From Thalassospiraceae bacterium (GTDB lineage: Bacteria > Pseudomonadota > Alphaproteobacteria > Rhodospirillales > Casp-alpha2), in contig JAYNVG010000024.1 in NCBI GenBank assembly GCA_038100295.1, positions 1-32,000 of the forward strand: a DNA stretch of 32,000 nt, written 5' to 3'. The translations under genes and the position numbers were made by a program. Numbering within the stretch: the stretch's first letter is position 1; every line of letters starts with the position of its first letter. The notes beneath the pieces are model-generated. The model was not told the origin of the DNA and made no database searches. It saw only the letters and a list, made by a program, of their open reading frames with translations. Positions 1 to 7,873 of this stretch are shown piece after piece.

Positions 1-196
1 TTCTGCTAACCATCTGACACTCATAAAGAAAATTCCTTATCTATGTCAGCCCCAAGTTTTATTCTCCTTCAAGCTTTTGCCATTTCTGATGCCTAATTGT
101 GAGAAAAAGAGAAAATAGACAATGGCCGAAATGGATCATTTGCGGAAACCTACGATCTAACTGGCAAATATCTACTTTCTGGGGTGACTATGCCAA

Positions 197-423
197 TCAG
201 TTAAGCAAGAAAATCGCGATATTCAGATAGGATGCGAAGGAAACCCATAGAAGGTAAGGAAACATTAGCCAGCCAGCAAAGCGATCAACGCGAAAGAATA
301 TCACTAGCGTGGCGAGGATACTTACCCATAAAAAGACAATTTCAATTGCTGCAAAACCCGGTCACATGAGGACCAAAACCTGAACAGAACTAACTTCTGA
401 ATGAGGATAAACAGGGGTTCACG
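197..423 (-). pseudogene. Decayed C-terminal remnant of a TspO/MBR (tryptophan-rich sensory protein) family gene
   Basis: My minus-strand translation of 361..197 gives PGFAAIEIVFLWVSILATLVIFFRVDRFAGWLMFPYLLWVSFASYLNIAIFLLN*, which matches the conserved TspO C-terminus (PYL-W-sFA--LN--i--LN). An in-frame TGA sits directly upstream (364..362). A different frame over 423..365 reads EPLFILIQKLVLFRFWSS, resembling the preceding TspO helix (qLaLN-lWs). No intact N-terminus or start codon could be found. Confidence 0.4.
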
Positions 424-1010
424 TCAGAATCCCAATAGCTTAAATTTTTACTTCGCCACCGATGGGGCATGGTCGACTGTAAACGGCAAAAAATCTCCGC
501 GACTTCCCGACCCAGGCACGATTGGAAGGTGGGATTATACTGAAGTATCCTCGACCGGAATCAGAACGACGCATTCTCTGAACCCGCAAGACCTAACGCT
601 AATGATCGTTTTGGAGGGAAAGAAAATATCCGCTAAGGGTTATACGTGCTTCCCCATCGTAAACCCCTTCATGATGAAATGATCTAATCCACCTATAGCC
701 TCTGCTGTTCCCACGCCTTTTCGTGCAAGTATCCAATGTTAAATTGAGGATAATTCAGCCTCCACCATCCTTTGGTTGCGCTTTGCAACCTAGCAAACCT
801 TCATCGGATTTTTTCAAAAAATATTGCGAGGCATCCCCCTATTGATATCGGCGGGGTGGGGGGGCGATGGGTGGGTTTGGCAGCCGGCAGCCTGGGCGTG
901 GTGGCTATGTTTTTGGGGCTGTTTCCCCTAAACGATTCCCCTAAGCACCTACATATGAGGCTCAAACCCTTTATGAGCAAGGGCGGTGCCGCCCAGACCT
1001 TCTGTTGCAT

Positions 1011-1050
1011 GACCAGAGGGTCGCAAGTTCGAATCTTGTCTCCCCGACCA
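1011..1050 (+). other. Orphan 3' fragment of a tRNA-Pro gene (3' anticodon-stem half, variable loop, T-arm, acceptor 3' strand, ACCA); candidate att-site remnant
   Basis: The sequence ccagagggtc-gcaag-ttcgaat-cttgt-ctccccg-a-cca has a T-stem GCAAG/CTTGT, a T-loop TTCGAAT and an acceptor 3' strand CTCCCCG with discriminator A and CCA. This is typical of bacterial tRNA-Pro (5' strand CGGGGAG). No matching 5' acceptor strand or D-arm lies in the ~75 nt upstream. The would-be anticodon loop is malformed: it has no U33 and the stem is mispaired. Confidence 0.5.
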
Positions 1051-1093
1051 TTTCCTTCAAATCGCGAAGATCGCCTGCAGTGCAGCCGTACGA

Positions 1094-1414
1094 TCAATTG
1101 CCGCAGGTCGTCAGCGCCTGTGCCACGGTCGTGGCCGTCATCGCGCCGCTGGTCGTCGCCAGGGACGTCAGCGACATCGACTGGCCGCTGCCGAGACTAG
1201 CCAGATAGGACGTCAGCGCCGCCGCCGGTACCGTCTGCGCGACCCGCTTCAGGGCGCAGGAACAGGTACTTTCACTGGCGCTTTTGGCCCCCGTGCACCA
1301 GTCCAGGAACTGTTTTTCCTCGGCCGCGCTGTAGCTTTCCAGCGCGTGGGACGGCAAAGCCGGCAGAATCGCCAGAACGGCCGCGCAAAATCCCAATTGC
1401 AGTCGCTTCATCAT
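1094..1414 (-). CDS. Small secreted/periplasmic hypothetical protein (signal peptide, 4 Cys)
   Basis: The ORF is 1094..1462. The internal ATG-ATG at 1414 is preceded by GAGGAGA about 9 nt upstream. The N-terminus MMKRLQLGFCAAVLAILPALPSHA-LE looks like a Sec signal peptide with an AxA-type cleavage site. I do not recognise a family. Confidence 0.6.
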   Translation of the reverse strand: MMKRLQLGFCAAVLAILPALPSHALESYSAAEEKQFLDWCTGAKSASESTCSCALKRVAQTVPAAALTSYLASLGSGQSMSLTSLATTSGAMTATTVAQALTTCGN

Positions 1415-1448
1415 CCGGTTTGGTCTCCTCTCAAAAATCACCGTCAAC

Positions 1449-2441
1449 TCAGCCGGCAACATCGATCACGCAGACCCCCGCCGACGCATCGGCCTCGATC
1501 ATCTCGTGCGCCGCGATCACGCCGTCCAGCGTAAACGGATGGTGCGCACCGATACGGTGCTTCAACTGGCCTTTGGCCAGCATACCGTTGATGGCGTCGA
1601 AGATATCGCGCTTCGTGGCTTCCGTCAGCGAATAGATGGTGAACGGCCGCATGGTGATGTTCTTGAACATCATCGGCAGGAACGGCAGCACCGGCTCGGC
1701 GACCGCATCGGAACTGTAGGCTGCAATCACACCGTTCGGCGCGACGATCTGCGGGAACAGATCGACGTTGGCGCCGAAGGCGACTTCGGATACGTGATCG
1801 ACGCCGCGCCCGTCGGTCAATTCCAGGACTTTCCGGGCGACATCGTCAGACTTGTAATTGACCACGTGATCGGCACCCAGTTCGCGGGCATAGGTCTCGT
1901 TTTCCGGCTTACCGACCATGGCGATCACCGTTGCGCCTCCGAGTTTCGCCATCTGTACTGCATAGGCACCGACCCGACCGGCACCGCCGGAAATCAGGAC
2001 CGTCTTTCCTTCGACCGGTCCATCGGAAAATACGCTGTAATAAGCGGTGACGGCAGGCACGCCGAGACACGCGCCGTCCAGCAGCGTGGACTGTTCCGGC
2101 AGCCGGGGCGCCATCCACGAGGGCAGGGTGCAGTATTCCGCCGCCGTCCCCATGGGCCTGCCGGCCTGCGCGCCGAAGATCCAGACGTTCTTGCCGATCT
2201 GGTTCGGGTCGATGTTGGATCCCACGGCCTCGATCACGCCGGCACCGTCATTGCCCGAAACAATCGGCGAAAAATTCGGCAGCTCGCGGCCGCTCGAGCG
2301 GCGCTTGGCATCGGTCGGATTGACGACGGCATAGGCGATCTTGACCCTTACCTCGTTCGGCCCCGGTTCGACAGCATCGATATCGACCATTTTCAGGACG
2401 TCTTTCGCTGCCCCGGCTTCGCTGAACTGAATTGCCTTCAC
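1449..2441 (-). CDS. NADPH:quinone oxidoreductase / zinc-type alcohol dehydrogenase-like (MDR superfamily) protein
   Basis: The translation has the MDR layout: a GroES-like N-terminus (KAIQFSEAG...EPGPNEVRVKIAYAVVNPTD), a Rossmann motif (VLISGGAGRVGAYAVQMAK) and a quinone-reductase-like C-terminus. I place the start at GTG 2441, which has GGGGGA 7 nt upstream and gives the usual ~330 aa. The longest ORF starts at ATG 2525 but has no obvious RBS. Confidence 0.85.
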   Translation of the reverse strand: MKAIQFSEAGAAKDVLKMVDIDAVEPGPNEVRVKIAYAVVNPTDAKRRSSGRELPNFSPIVSGNDGAGVIEAVGSNIDPNQIGKNVWIFGAQAGRPMGTAAEYCTLPSWMAPRLPEQSTLLDGACLGVPAVTAYYSVFSDGPVEGKTVLISGGAGRVGAYAVQMAKLGGATVIAMVGKPENETYARELGADHVVNYKSDDVARKVLELTDGRGVDHVSEVAFGANVDLFPQIVAPNGVIAAYSSDAVAEPVLPFLPMMFKNITMRPFTIYSLTEATKRDIFDAINGMLAKGQLKHRIGAHHPFTLDGVIAAHEMIEADASAGVCVIDVAG

Positions 2442-2557
2442 TTTCCGATCCCCCGTATTCGTTAATTGGGCTACATCATGCGCCCGAAATCCATTGCCTT
2501 CGGCGATTTCTCGCGTATCTTTCATGGAACATATTGGTTCCAGCGGAGGTTTTTTCT

Positions 2558-2866
2558 ATGCCCGATGTGCGCATTTATCAACCGACCAAGACAGCGATGC
2601 AGTCGGGGCGCGCCAATGTCAGGAAATGGGTTCTCGAATTCGAACCCGGTTCGCGCAAGGAAACCGACACCCTGATGGGCTGGACCGGATCGCGCGACAC
2701 CCGCGGCCAGGTACGTATGCGCTTCGATAACAAGGAAGACGCCATCGCCTTCGCCCAGAAGAACAACCTGTCCTATCACGTCGCCGAGCCGAAAAAGCGC
2801 AAGATCAAGCCGAAGAACTACGCCGACAACTTCGCTTTCGGCCGCAAGACCCTCTGGACCCACTGA
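2558..2866 (+). CDS. ETC complex I subunit conserved-region protein (NDUFS4-like)
   Basis: The product MPDVRIYQPTKTAMQSGRANVRKWVLEFEP...MGWTGSRDTRGQVRMRFDNKEDAIAFAQKNNLSYHV matches the bacterial NDUFS4/18-kDa subunit homologue family. ATG 2558 has GGAGG 8 nt upstream. Confidence 0.85.
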   Translation: MPDVRIYQPTKTAMQSGRANVRKWVLEFEPGSRKETDTLMGWTGSRDTRGQVRMRFDNKEDAIAFAQKNNLSYHVAEPKKRKIKPKNYADNFAFGRKTLWTH

Positions 2867-3624
2867 TGCGCCGCCTCACGGCCCTGGCCGCCCTGACGGC
2901 GCTGCTGTTCGCGGCCTCGTCCGCACATGCGAGCTTCCTCGACAAGCTCAAGGGCGCCGTCGATCAGGTCACCAGCGGCTCCGGTTCGGGCACAGGCAGC
3001 GGCACGACGATGGGCACCCTCGGCACCGATCAGATCATTGCCGGCCTCAAGGAAGCGCTGCGCGTCGGTGCGGAAAGGGTGACGGCACAGGTCGGCGCGG
3101 CCGACGGCTTCAATGCCGATCCGGCGATCCATATCCCGCTGCCGGATCAATTGACCAAGGTGCAGGACATCATGCGCAAGTTCGGCCTGTCGGCGCTGGC
3201 CGACGATGTCGAACTGAAGCTCAATCGCGCCGCCGAGGAAGCGGCGCCGAAAACCAAGGAACTGATCTGGAAGGCCGTCAACGAGATGACCCTCGACGAC
3301 GCCAAAAAGATCTATGACGGGCCCGAAGACGCTGCCACCCAATACTTCAAACGGGTCGCCACGCCGGATCTGAAGGCCACCGTGGAACCGGTCGTCGACA
3401 ATGCCCTGCAACAGGTCGGCGCGATCACTGCCTACGACACATTAATCAGCAAATACAAAGGACTGCCACTCGTTCCTGATGTGAAAGCCGATCTGCAGGT
3501 GCACGCCACGCAGCTGACGCTGGACGGCATCTTCCACTATCTGGCGAAGGAAGAGGCGGCAATCCGCGCCAACCCGGCGGCGCGTACCACGGATATCCTC
3601 AAGCAGGTCTTCGGCGGCTCGTAA
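2866..3624 (+). CDS. DUF4197-like secreted protein
   Basis: The start overlaps the upstream stop (TGATG). A signal peptide MRRLTALAALTALLFAASSAHA is followed by LGTDQIIAGLKEALRVGAERV and a C-terminal ...LTLDGIFHYLAKEEAAIRANPAARTTDILKQVFG. I recall this pattern from DUF4197 proteins. Confidence 0.7.
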   Translation: MRRLTALAALTALLFAASSAHASFLDKLKGAVDQVTSGSGSGTGSGTTMGTLGTDQIIAGLKEALRVGAERVTAQVGAADGFNADPAIHIPLPDQLTKVQDIMRKFGLSALADDVELKLNRAAEEAAPKTKELIWKAVNEMTLDDAKKIYDGPEDAATQYFKRVATPDLKATVEPVVDNALQQVGAITAYDTLISKYKGLPLVPDVKADLQVHATQLTLDGIFHYLAKEEAAIRANPAARTTDILKQVFGGS

Positions 3625-3688
3625 GAAGACCGCCGCGACGTCTTTCGTTGCACCTTTTCAACATGCGGACTAGAAAGGCGTCGCCTGG

Positions 3689-3765
3689 GCGCCCGTAGCT
3701 CAACTGGATAGAGCATCCGCCTTCTAAGCGGACGGTTGCAGGTTCGAGTCCTGCCGGGCGCGCCA
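3689..3765 (+). tRNA. tRNA-Arg (anticodon TCT)
   Basis: The manual cloverleaf is GCGCCCG-TA-GCTC-AACTGGATA-GAGC-A-TCCGC-CTTCTAA-GCGGA-CGGTT-GCAGG-TTCGAGT-CCTGC-CGGGCGC-G-CCA. All four stems are fully paired, it is 77 nt long and CCA is encoded. Confidence 0.95.
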
Positions 3766-3803
3766 GTTTAATATTCCATGATTGCCATGATCGAATGCGG
3801 CGC

Positions 3804-4725
3804 CTACGACGTCGGCAGGGGGATATATTCTTCCTCGTCGTTCGGGACCTTGGGGAATTTGCCGTTCCGCCAGTCGTCCTTGGCCTGATTCAGGCGTTCG
3901 CGGGTGCTGGATACGAAGTTCCACCATTTGATTCTGGGGCCATCCATTTTGGCACCGCCGATGACGATCAGATGCGTATCTTCGGGGGCCGTAACGGTGA
4001 CGTGCGCGCCCGGCTTGAGAACCAGCAATTCCCCCGGCTGGAACCTCTCACCCTCTATCTCCAAGGCGCCTTCGAGGATGTAGAGCGCACGTTCCTCATG
4101 GCCGCAATCGATGGGGGTCGTGGCGCCGCGATCGATCCGCAGGTCGACGTAAAGCGTGTCGGAATAAACCGACACCGGCGATTCCCGGCCCCAGGCCTTG
4201 CCCGCGACGATGGTCGCGTGAAAGCCGTCGCCCTGGACATGCGGTATCTGGTCTGCCGAGTAGTGCTGGAAAGACGGCGATACCTCTTCGTGTTCCTTCG
4301 GCAGCGCCATCCATACCTGCAGGCCGAACAGCCTGTTTTCCTGGCCAAGAAGGCGTTCCGGCGTACGCTCGGAATGGACGATCCCGGCGCCCGCGGTCAT
4401 CCAGTTGACTTCTCCCGGCTGGATTTCCTGGGCATGGCCAAGGCTGTCGCGATGCATGATCGAACCTTCAATCAGCCAGGTCAGCGTCGCCAGACCGATA
4501 TGAGGCTGCGGGCGGACATTGAGCGGTTGGTCCGCCGGCAATGTCGCCGGCCCCATGTGATCGAAAAAGATGAACGGCCCCCACCATCTGCCTTTCCTTC
4601 GCGGGCAGTGCCCGGCGAACGGAAAAACCGCCGATATCATGCTCTTGCGGGCGAATGATCAATTCGATCGGATCGCAATTCTCGACTTTGGCACAAACAG
4701 CGTCGACGGCAGGATTCCAGCTCAT
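3804..4725 (-). pseudogene. Pirin family protein, disrupted by a +1 frameshift in a C5 (G5 on the coding strand) homopolymer
   Basis: The N-terminal part (ORF 4468..4764 frame) reads ...IELIIRPQEHDIGGFSVRRALPAKERQMVG. The C-terminal part (ORF 3804..4640 frame) reads GPFIFFDHMGPATLPADQPLNVRPQPHIGLATLTWLIEGSIMHRDSLGHAQEIQPGEVNWMTAGAGIVHSE... The two join exactly at the conserved pirin motif MVGPFIFFDHMGP if one C of the run 4578..4582 is removed. Confidence 0.8.
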
Positions 4726-4908
4726 TTTTTCTCGCCCAGCATCATCAATCTTCCCCTTTGACATGGGTTGCGATGCTTGCCCCTACAAGGCTCCGGCATT
4801 CTGAGCGCATGGAGGGTCGGGTTCCGGCCGGACAGGTGACCGTTCCGGACACTTATCCCCCGCGATCGTGCACGACGCCTCTTGCCAGCACATCGGCGAT
4901 TCGGCAAT

Positions 4909-4923
4909 GTTCGCATTATGTTC
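4909..4923 (+). promoter_or_regulatory. Alphaproteobacterial-type LexA operator (SOS box) GTTC-N7-GTTC
   Basis: The sequence gttc-gcattat-gttc is an exact match to the direct-repeat LexA box GTTCN7GTTC known from Rhodobacter/Rhizobium-type SOS regulons. It sits at the start of umuD and overlaps the ATG at 4918. Confidence 0.7.
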
Positions 4924-5349
4924 TCATTCCTCAACAAACCCCGGGCGCTTGGCGCCCGACCGGAACGGCGCTTCGGCCTGCCTTTGTACCTGAGCCGTGT
5001 CGCCGCCGGGTTTCCGAGCCCGGGCGACGACTTCGCCGACGGCACGCTGGATCTGAACGATCTGGTCGAGCACCCGTCGGCGACGTTTCTGGTGCGCGTC
5101 ACCGGCCATTCCATGACCGGGGCAGGGATCGACGACGGCGACCTGCTGGTTGTTGACCGCTCGCGCGAGGCCAAGCACGGCCATATCGTGATCGCCGTCG
5201 CCTATGGCGAGATGACGGTGAAACGGCTGGAGCGGCGCGGCCCGCGTTGGTGGCTGATCCCGGCGAATGCCGAGTTTCCGCCGATGGCGCTGCCCGAGGA
5301 CGGGGAAATCTGGGGCGTCGTCGCGCACACCATCAAGAGCTACACATGA
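4918..5349 (+). CDS. umuD: Translesion polymerase V accessory subunit UmuD (S24 LexA-like self-cleaving peptidase)
   Basis: The product aligns by eye to E. coli UmuD: [12 protein letters not shown] (Ala-Gly cleavage site), [29 protein letters not shown] (catalytic Ser) and GEMTVKRLE (catalytic Lys). ATG 4918 is the first ATG. The TTG at 4882 is an alternative start. Confidence 0.85.
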   Translation: MFSFLNKPRALGARPERRFGLPLYLSRVAAGFPSPGDDFADGTLDLNDLVEHPSATFLVRVTGHSMTGAGIDDGDLLVVDRSREAKHGHIVIAVAYGEMTVKRLERRGPRWWLIPANAEFPPMALPEDGEIWGVVAHTIKSYT

Positions 5350-6632
5350 GCGCCTCCACCATTGCCCCCATCATAGCCCCCATCATAGCCTTGGCCGACG
5401 GCAACAACTTCTTCGTCTCGTGCGAGCGGGTGTTCCAGCCCGAGCTGCGGAACAAGCCGGCGGTCGTGCTGTCCAACAACGACGGTTGCGTCATCGCGCG
5501 CTCCGCCGAAGCCAAGGCGCTCGGCATCGGCATGGGCGAACCGTTCTTCAAGATGCGCGAGAACCCGGCGTGGCGGGGCGTCCTGGTGCGCAGTTCCAAC
5601 TACACGCTGTACGGCGACATGAGTGCACGGATGATGAACGTGTTTTCCCGCTTCACGCCGGACATCGAAGCCTATTCCATCGATGAATGCTTTCTCGACC
5701 TGACGCACACGGCGGCCGGGGATCCGATGGCCTATGCCCACGACATCCGCCGCACCGTGCTGCAGTGGACGGGGCTGCCAGTCAGCATCGGCATGGCCCC
5801 GACCAAGACGCTGGCCAAGATCGCCAACCGGCTGGCCAAGAAAGCGGACGGGGTCTTTGCGCTGCTGACGCCCGAAAGCCACGATGCGGCGCTGGCGCAG
5901 ACACCGGTCGGCGACGTCTGGGGCATCGGCCGGCGCTGGGCCAGGATGCTGCAGGGCCACGGCATTCATTCGGCGCTCGATCTGAAGCGTGCCGACCGCA
6001 CATGGGCGCGCCAGTGCATGGGCGTGGTCGGACAGCGCACCGTCGACGAGTTGAACGGTATTCCCTGCATATCGCTCGAGGACACCCCGCCCGACAAGCA
6101 GACGACGGCGGTGACGCGCAGCTTCGGCAGGATGATGACGACCCACGAGGATTTGCAGGAAATCGTCAAGGCGCTGGCGTCCAGGGCCGCGGAAAAGCTG
6201 CGCCAGGGCGATCTGGTCGCGGAAATCGTCCATGTCTTCGTGCGCGGCAACCCGTTCCGCCAGGATCTGCCGCAGTTCACCGGCACCGCCTCGGTCGGGT
6301 TGACGCCGGCCGGCAATCACACCGGCGACATCGTCAAGGCGGCGCTCCGGGCACTCCGTCAGGCTTACCGGCCGGGCATCCCCTACAAGAAAGCGGGGGT
6401 CATGCTGTTCAACCTGCACCGCACCGACGCCGCGCCGCGCTCGCTGTTCGACGTTGCCCGGCCGCCCGGCGCCGACAGGCTGATGCAGGCCTTCGACGCC
6501 ATCAACGGCCGCTTCGGCGCCGGCAGCATCGGCTACGGGCAAGTCTACCGGCCGCGCCACTGGTACATGAACCAGCAGCACCGCAGCCTGCGCTACACGA
6601 CGCGCTGGGACGAACTGCCGGTCGTGCGTTGA
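5346..6632 (+). CDS. umuC: Y-family translesion DNA polymerase V catalytic subunit UmuC
   Basis: An ATGA overlap joins it to the umuD stop. The product has [55 protein letters not shown]...[17 protein letters not shown]...[10 protein letters not shown], closely parallel to the E. coli UmuC N-terminus. At 428 aa the length is typical. Confidence 0.9.
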   Translation: MSASTIAPIIAPIIALADGNNFFVSCERVFQPELRNKPAVVLSNNDGCVIARSAEAKALGIGMGEPFFKMRENPAWRGVLVRSSNYTLYGDMSARMMNVFSRFTPDIEAYSIDECFLDLTHTAAGDPMAYAHDIRRTVLQWTGLPVSIGMAPTKTLAKIANRLAKKADGVFALLTPESHDAALAQTPVGDVWGIGRRWARMLQGHGIHSALDLKRADRTWARQCMGVVGQRTVDELNGIPCISLEDTPPDKQTTAVTRSFGRMMTTHEDLQEIVKALASRAAEKLRQGDLVAEIVHVFVRGNPFRQDLPQFTGTASVGLTPAGNHTGDIVKAALRALRQAYRPGIPYKKAGVMLFNLHRTDAAPRSLFDVARPPGADRLMQAFDAINGRFGAGSIGYGQVYRPRHWYMNQQHRSLRYTTRWDELPVVR

Positions 6633-6706
6633 ACACCGCATGCATGGCAGCGCGCCTGTGCCTGCGATCACTTCCATTTGCAGCCGTAAAAGGCTATAAG
6701 TTTCGG

Positions 6707-7099
6707 ATGATGAAGCAGAAAGCTGTCATATCCGCCGGAAAAACGGCCCTAGCCGCGCTTGCGCTTTGCCTGCTCGCGGTCCCGGATACGTCCGCCCAGA
6801 ACCGCATCAAGGGCGAATACGCACAAATTAAATCCCGTGTCAGCAAGGTCGGGCACCTGAATCCGAAGCTGTCACGACTGTGCCGCCAGGGCCAGTTCAA
6901 GCAACGCAAGGTACTCAGGCTGTCGATCGGCTTTATCGGCGATAACGGGCAGGGAATCACCGGCGTCGCCAAGCCGGGCTGGAACCTTTATGACCCGACC
7001 GGCGTCGGCGATCCGAAATACACCTATCATTTCCAGAACCAGGGATATTCAAATTGCCGCGTCTATGAAGCCCTGACGCCGCCACCGCCCAGGCAATAA
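6707..7099 (+). CDS. Small secreted hypothetical protein
   Basis: This is the C-terminal 130 codons of the long ORF 5687..7099. It starts at ATGATG and has a signal peptide MMKQKAVISAGKTALAALALCLLAVPDTSAQ. The upstream part of that ORF is out-of-frame umuC sequence. I do not recognise a family. Confidence 0.55.
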   Translation: MMKQKAVISAGKTALAALALCLLAVPDTSAQNRIKGEYAQIKSRVSKVGHLNPKLSRLCRQGQFKQRKVLRLSIGFIGDNGQGITGVAKPGWNLYDPTGVGDPKYTYHFQNQGYSNCRVYEALTPPPPRQ

Positions 7100-7118
7100 A
7101 CTCGAAAGACGCGCGGCA

Positions 7119-7742
7119 ATGACCGACTTCATCGACCTGTTCCCGACCAAGCTCGTACGGCGGCATCTGCCGGATTTCGAGGAGCCGACCCGCGACCTGA
7201 TCAAGCTGGTGCGCGACATGGAAAAGGGCAACAAGGCCCTGACCACGGATTACCGCGAAAACAATCCGCTCGAATACGACCGCGAGGGGCCGAACTGGCT
7301 CAGGGCCGAAATCAACCAGACGGTGATCGACTATCTGCGCGAGATCGGCATCGACTATGCGGTCAACTGGCAGATCCACGCCTGGGCCAACATCAACCGC
7401 CAGGGCGATTACCACGATCCGCACAATCACCCGCACGCGTACCTCAGCGGCACCTATTACCTGAAAATGCCGGGCGAGGGCGCGAAGAAACGCCAGCGCA
7501 GCGACGTGCGCCCGAACTGCATCACGTTCTACGATCCCAGAACCGGCTTCAACATGACCTCGATCCGCAACGATCCCTATGTCGATCCGGAATTCACGGT
7601 ATTGCCGGAGCCGGGGCTGCTGATGATGTGGCCGGGCTCGCTGATGCATTTCGTGCACCCGAACCTGTCGGACGAAACACGTATCTCGCTCAGCTTCAAT
7701 ATCGTCCTCAAATGGTCGGACGAATACCTGCCGCAGCAGTGA
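7119..7742 (+). CDS. Putative 2OG-Fe(II) oxygenase family protein (TIGR02466 / 2OG-FeII_Oxy_5-like)
   Basis: Motifs WANINRQGDYHDPHNHPHAYLSGTYYL, ITFYDPR and PEPGLLMMWPGSLMHFVHPNLSDETRISLSFNI match my recollection of this conserved hypothetical oxygenase family. Confidence 0.75.
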   Translation: MTDFIDLFPTKLVRRHLPDFEEPTRDLIKLVRDMEKGNKALTTDYRENNPLEYDREGPNWLRAEINQTVIDYLREIGIDYAVNWQIHAWANINRQGDYHDPHNHPHAYLSGTYYLKMPGEGAKKRQRSDVRPNCITFYDPRTGFNMTSIRNDPYVDPEFTVLPEPGLLMMWPGSLMHFVHPNLSDETRISLSFNIVLKWSDEYLPQQ

Positions 7743-7748
7743 CGCCGC

Positions 7749-7767
7749 AAACACCTTCCGGTGTTTT
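7749..7767 (+). terminator. Candidate hairpin terminator after the oxygenase-like gene
   Basis: The sequence aaacacc-ttcc-ggtgttt(t) forms a 7-bp stem with a 4-nt loop starting 7 nt after the stop codon. The T-run is short and partly inside the stem, so this is weak. Confidence 0.35.
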
Positions 7768-7873
7768 ACATTTCCTAAGACTCCCTAACGCCTTGTTAAG
7801 AATTGCCGCGCCATAATCATCCCAGGTTGGGACTGGGACCGGCACAGAAGGTGATAAAGGAATCCCGCAGTCC

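Noticed and set aside
1-24. A possible minus-strand gene start (ATG at 24..22, reading MSVRWLAE... off the left edge, with AAGGA upstream).
   Set aside because: Only 8 codons are visible, which is too little to support a call.
401-682. A 93-codon plus-strand ORF in the AT-rich left block.
   Set aside because: It has no RBS and no recognisable fold or motif. It lies in the AT-rich, apparently non-coding block just upstream of, and partly antisense to, the TspO-like remnant, which looks decayed rather than coding. It cannot be fully excluded as a small foreign gene.
772-1050. The idea that the T-arm/ACCA end belongs to a tmRNA (ssrA), since smpB is in the window and alphaproteobacterial tmRNAs are two-piece.
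   Set aside because: The acceptor strand CTCCCCG implies C1-G72 with no G3:U70 alanine identity pair. No tag-peptide reading frame (ANDN...) and no matching 5' acceptor strand lie nearby. The downstream DNA is occupied by a minus-strand signal-peptide gene. The sequence matches a tRNA-Pro 3' end instead.
5687-6706. The upstream 340 codons of ORF 5687..7099.
   Set aside because: This is an out-of-frame read of umuC with an Arg/Gly/Ala-rich translation. Only the last 130 codons, which carry their own ATG and signal peptide, look real.
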